Shown here: positions 60,732 to 64,000 of the stretch, piece by piece
Layout of the letters: each line of letters begins with the position of its first letter
Numbering within the stretch: position 1 is the stretch's first letter
Virus record (IMG/VR): IMGVR_UViG_3300029288_000060
Coordinates: 128,001-192,000 of that record
From: a virus
Taxonomy: Duplodnaviria > Caudoviricetes
Length of the DNA: 64,000 bases
Strand: one strand, 5' to 3'
The notes under the pieces: generated by a model
Told to the model about the DNA's origin: nothing
The model's input: the letters and a program-made list of their open reading frames with translations, nothing else
Databases searched by the model: none
Program-made: the position numbers and the translations under genes

Positions 60732-61145
60732 TTACCTTCCTAGTTCACTGACTAAATTACCAGTTATTTTATTATCGTTTTCTTCAATTTTTTGTTCTAC
60801 TTTTTCCTTTTCTTTTCTTAAACGATCAACTTTTTCAGCTAACTTTTTAATATCAAATATTCCTTCTATATCATCCTCATCTTTACCAATTATTTTTCTT
60901 CTTAATTCAAATTCATCTTTAGTAACTTTAGATATCTCTTTTCTCATATCTAGAATTGTTTTAAATAACTCAGTAACTGTTTTTATCTTTTCTTCAAAAA
61001 ATCTCATATATCTTTTATCAAGAGAATCTGGTAAAATTGTATTAACTTTATCTTTAAATTTTTCCAAATCTTCAATCATTTTCTTCAGAGCATTTCTTTG
61101 CTCTGAAAATTCTAAAATCAAATCATCAAACTCATCTTCTTTCAT
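60732..61145 (-). CDS. Coiled-coil hypothetical protein
   Basis: 137-aa charged helical ORF. Confidence 0.6.
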   Translation of the reverse strand: MKEDEFDDLILEFSEQRNALKKMIEDLEKFKDKVNTILPDSLDKRYMRFFEEKIKTVTELFKTILDMRKEISKVTKDEFELRRKIIGKDEDDIEGIFDIKKLAEKVDRLRKEKEKVEQKIEENDNKITGNLVSELGR

Positions 61146-61155
61146 TCTTAATTCC

Positions 61156-61437
61156 TTAAATAATTTCTTTAGAATTTACATCATGAACTAAACAAACTTT
61201 TTTACATTTTAGTGTTAATTTAATATTTTTTAAATCATCTATTTCAGTTTCAAACCAAGATAACATCTTAACTTTTCCAATTTCAATTTTATCTAATTGC
61301 TCGTCAAAGGGCTTTAGTTCCATGTTACAATTTATATAATTTTCAATGTCTGTGAAATCTCTTGGTTTAATTTCTAAACTATCATACCAATTTTTTAATT
61401 CATCATATGTTCCATATAAAATCAATTCTTCTTTCAT
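61156..61437 (-). CDS. Hypothetical protein
   Basis: 93-aa ORF. Confidence 0.55.
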   Translation of the reverse strand: MKEELILYGTYDELKNWYDSLEIKPRDFTDIENYINCNMELKPFDEQLDKIEIGKVKMLSWFETEIDDLKNIKLTLKCKKVCLVHDVNSKEII

Positions 61438-61454
61438 TTCTAACCATCCTTTAT

Positions 61455-61664
61455 CTATTCTTGTATCACCTTCATTTTTCCTGTTTCATCATGTTTACTT
61501 CTATATTTATTTTCAATAAAAGCACCTTGTTCTGTAACAAAATCACATGTAAAAATAGATTCTCTAGTTGAATCAGCACCTTTACAAAATGAATTTGTTG
61601 AATTATTATATGGACAAGCAGTTGAAAATGGACATACTTGTTTTGGTTTTAAAAACAATGACAT
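61455..61664 (-). CDS. Small four-Cys protein
   Basis: CPF...CPY...C...C; GGAGG RBS; directly after the reductase gene. Confidence 0.55.
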   Translation of the reverse strand: MSLFLKPKQVCPFSTACPYNNSTNSFCKGADSTRESIFTCDFVTEQGAFIENKYRSKHDETGKMKVIQE

Positions 61665-61666
61665 TT

Positions 61667-63454
61667 TTATATCGCCTCCTTTGATATTGCAATTTCACAT
61701 GCCTCAGCTTCATCATCTGTACTTTTTTGACAATTGCATTCAATATCACCATCATCAATTGAATCAGAAAATCCAATAGTTTGTTGACTAACTATATCAA
61801 AAAGTTCATCCTCACCAATTTTATTATATACCTGTCCTCCTCTTGATTCATCAACATATATTGTAACCCCTTTTAAATCTCTAATATATTCTAAAAGATA
61901 ATTATTTAATTGTTCTGAAGTTGTTCCTTTGGGCATATTAATAGTTTTTGAAACAGCGCCATCTGTATATTTTTGTACAATAGCTTGGACTTCAAAATGA
62001 TCTTTTGGAGTTAGATCAGATGACTCAACAAACCAATCTGGAATATTTTCACCAGATAAAAGTAATTGTTTATATTTAGGATGAATATAAATTCGTTCTC
62101 CAACCCTATCATTTCTTCTGTATGCTTTAAACATTAATGGTTCAATACCTGACGTTACTTCTGGTAATAGTGAGATTGTGCCATTAGGAGCCATTGCCAT
62201 TCCTGATACACATCTTACTCCATATTTTTTAATATCCATTCTTAATTGCGCAGGAAGTTTTCTAATAAAAGATGCGTTACCATATTGAACTGGTTCAAAT
62301 TTTGGAAATGACCCTTTCTCAACAGAAAGTTCAATCAATGTTTGGTAAACTGTATCACGAATAAATCTCATTAATTTTTCTATTTCAAGTATTGCTTCTT
62401 TTGAACCATATCTTAATTCTTTAGCAAATAAATATTCAGCCAAACCCATCATTCCAAGACCAATTCTTCTAGAATTATGTGTTTTGATGTCTATTTCTTT
62501 TAAAGAGTATTTATTAGCATCAATTACATTGTCTAAAAATCTTACTGCTAATTTAATAGTATTTTCTAATTTTTTCCAATTTGTATTTACATTACCTGTA
62601 ATAAAATTTGGTAATACTAATGAACCTAAATCACATGATTCATAATTTGACAAAATTGCTTCTCCACATGGGTTAGTAGAAACTACAGGATCATAATAAT
62701 AAGAATTATTTTTATACAAATTTGTTTTATTTAAAAGACCTGGTTCAGCCTTTGAAATCATATTATTTACAATTAAATTCCATATTTCTCTCGCCTTAAT
62801 TTTTTCATATTCTTTTTGTTTAAATTTAAACGTCCAAACTGAGTCAGATTCTACCGCTTGAATAAATTCTTCATCAACTAATACTGAAATATTAAAATGA
62901 GATATTTCTCCTTCTACTAACTTTGAATTAATAAAATTCATTATTTCAGGATGAGAAACATCACAGCAAGCTAAAGCAGCCGCTCTTCTTTGACCGCCGC
63001 TTTCAATAGTTTTTGAAACTGAATCTGCAGCTTTAATAAAACTTACCATACCAGAAGACTTTCCACCCTTTCCCAAAATTGGTGTATCTTTTGGTCTCAA
63101 AGGTGAAAAATTGCATCCTACTCCACCTCCTTCACTCCATAATGTTAAACTATCAGCTATAAATTTTCCAATTTCTTCAATTGAATCACCTATAGGAACA
63201 ACATAACAGTTCATTAAACTACCTTTTGATCTAGAAGCATTTCTTAAAATTCTTCCAGCAGGGATAAAATCCATATAATAAATCATTTCTGCGAATTTTT
63301 CTGCCCAACTACTTTTATTTTTTGTTTCCACTTCCGCTATTGAATCAGCAACTCTTTCTGTACATGGTTCCCAATTTTCCCCTTCATTAAAATATCTGGT
63401 TTTTGCTACCGTTTCTGAATTTTTTGATAAAATCACTTTTTTACTAGTTGTCAT
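61667..63454 (-). CDS. nrdJ: Class II (adenosylcobalamin-dependent) ribonucleotide reductase
   Basis: NCYV, GGGVG, GGQRRAA, GEISHFNISV, STNPCGE, CDLGS, RRIGLG, APNGTIS, SGIEP, AVSKTIN. Confidence 0.88.
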   Translation of the reverse strand: MTTSKKVILSKNSETVAKTRYFNEGENWEPCTERVADSIAEVETKNKSSWAEKFAEMIYYMDFIPAGRILRNASRSKGSLMNCYVVPIGDSIEEIGKFIADSLTLWSEGGGVGCNFSPLRPKDTPILGKGGKSSGMVSFIKAADSVSKTIESGGQRRAAALACCDVSHPEIMNFINSKLVEGEISHFNISVLVDEEFIQAVESDSVWTFKFKQKEYEKIKAREIWNLIVNNMISKAEPGLLNKTNLYKNNSYYYDPVVSTNPCGEAILSNYESCDLGSLVLPNFITGNVNTNWKKLENTIKLAVRFLDNVIDANKYSLKEIDIKTHNSRRIGLGMMGLAEYLFAKELRYGSKEAILEIEKLMRFIRDTVYQTLIELSVEKGSFPKFEPVQYGNASFIRKLPAQLRMDIKKYGVRCVSGMAMAPNGTISLLPEVTSGIEPLMFKAYRRNDRVGERIYIHPKYKQLLLSGENIPDWFVESSDLTPKDHFEVQAIVQKYTDGAVSKTINMPKGTTSEQLNNYLLEYIRDLKGVTIYVDESRGGQVYNKIGEDELFDIVSQQTIGFSDSIDDGDIECNCQKSTDDEAEACEIAISKEAI

Positions 63455-63587
63455 ATTTATTTTTTCTCCCTTATATTTATTAATTATTCAATTAAGTATA
63501 TATTTGTTCATAAAAATAAAAATAGTTTCTAAAATGGCATGAAACTAACGTAAAACCTACAAGATTGTAACTAAGAAGTAATAAATT

Positions 63588-63616
63588 GGATTTTAAAACG
63601 GCGGGATTTTAAAACG
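63588..63616. repeat. Tandem 13-bp direct repeat GGATTTTAAAACG x2 (16-bp period)
   Basis: Copies at 63588-63600 and 63604-63616 in the intergenic region upstream of nrdJ. Confidence 0.6.
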
Positions 63617-63646
63617 AGGTTTTTATATTAAACATAAATTTCTATA

Positions 63647-64000
63647 CTATTTTTCAACTTTACCTTTAAAAAATGCGTATACTTTTTTAGAATAATTTCT
63701 GGATTTTGAGAATGTTGCTGTATTTACAAAATGATAAATTCCTTTAAGTTTCTTTCCTTTAAAGTCAACAACTATATGAGCATTTGTATATTTTATTACA
63801 TTACAATTTCCTTTATCAACTTCTTTGATTGTTCCTGCACCATACTGTCCTTCAGGAATTTTTCCTGTAAATAATGCTTCTTGTTCACTATGATCGTTAC
63901 TGCGCGGGATATAGATTCTTTTCCCAGGTTCTGTAGGTGGAAATGTGTTCATTGAAAAACTTGCCCAATTTTTTGAGTTAGGAATTTGAAATCTAAGATC
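63647..64000 (-). CDS. LigD-type 3'-phosphoesterase module, 5'-truncated by the window edge
   Basis: Frame open to 64000 (DLRFQIP...WASF); DH......F.G.IPEGQYGAG.I...D.G and F.G.KLKG.Y motifs. Confidence 0.8.
   Translation of the reverse strand, partial: DLRFQIPNSKNWASFSMNTFPPTEPGKRIYIPRSNDHSEQEALFTGKIPEGQYGAGTIKEVDKGNCNVIKYTNAHIVVDFKGKKLKGIYHFVNTATFSKSRNYSKKVYAFFKGKVEK

Noticed and set aside
1467-60751. All plus-strand ORFs in the track (e.g. 8394-8795, 15956-16408, 56575-57009)
   Set aside because: They lie antisense to well-supported minus-strand genes and are Phe/Ser/Ile/Leu-rich, as expected for shadows of Lys/Glu-rich AT-biased genes
1-64000. Stop-codon reassignment (alternative genetic code)
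   Set aside because: Long conserved genes are intact and densely packed under the standard code, and TAG and TGA both end genes at sensible positions
1-64000. Cellular chromosome or eukaryotic giant virus origin
   Set aside because: Baseplate genes, Shine-Dalgarno sites, single-strand gene packing, duplicated divergent RNAP genes and the absence of ribosomal protein genes around rpoB/rpoC all favour a phage

Overview
Very AT-rich, gene-dense segment with essentially every credible gene on the minus strand, GGAG-type ribosome-binding sites and the standard genetic code. The gene content points to a jumbo tailed phage: T4-like recombination and repair genes (Rad50/Mre11, RecA/UvsX, SF2 helicase), a CTD-less type IIA topoisomerase, class II ribonucleotide reductase, a gp5-like baseplate spike and one tRNA-Pro. 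Main points: (1) an apparently complete phage-encoded ubiquitin-like conjugation locus (giant E2-like protein, JAB protease, ThiF/E1, Ubl ending in GTKG with an N-terminal helical nucleic-acid-binding-type domain, then a second E1-like gene coupled to a small HPN-Cys E2-like gene) just upstream of RNA polymerase genes; (2) two separate pairs of multisubunit RNA polymerase beta-prime/beta genes; (3) two A9G runs, the only 9-mers I spotted, each breaking a gene that continues in the -1 frame (one is the second RNAP beta), suggesting programmed slippage or frameshifting, or a homopolymer error; (4) five proteins sharing an N-terminal MKxKxDF(V/I)TNSSS motif, one abutting a radical SAM gene; (5) FolE2, QueD and an HNH nuclease fused to a degenerate QueD; (6) ADP-heptose pathway enzymes, a PurA-vWA cassette, long intergenic hairpins and two candidate promoter motifs. 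All assignments come from motif reading by eye; no database search was run.
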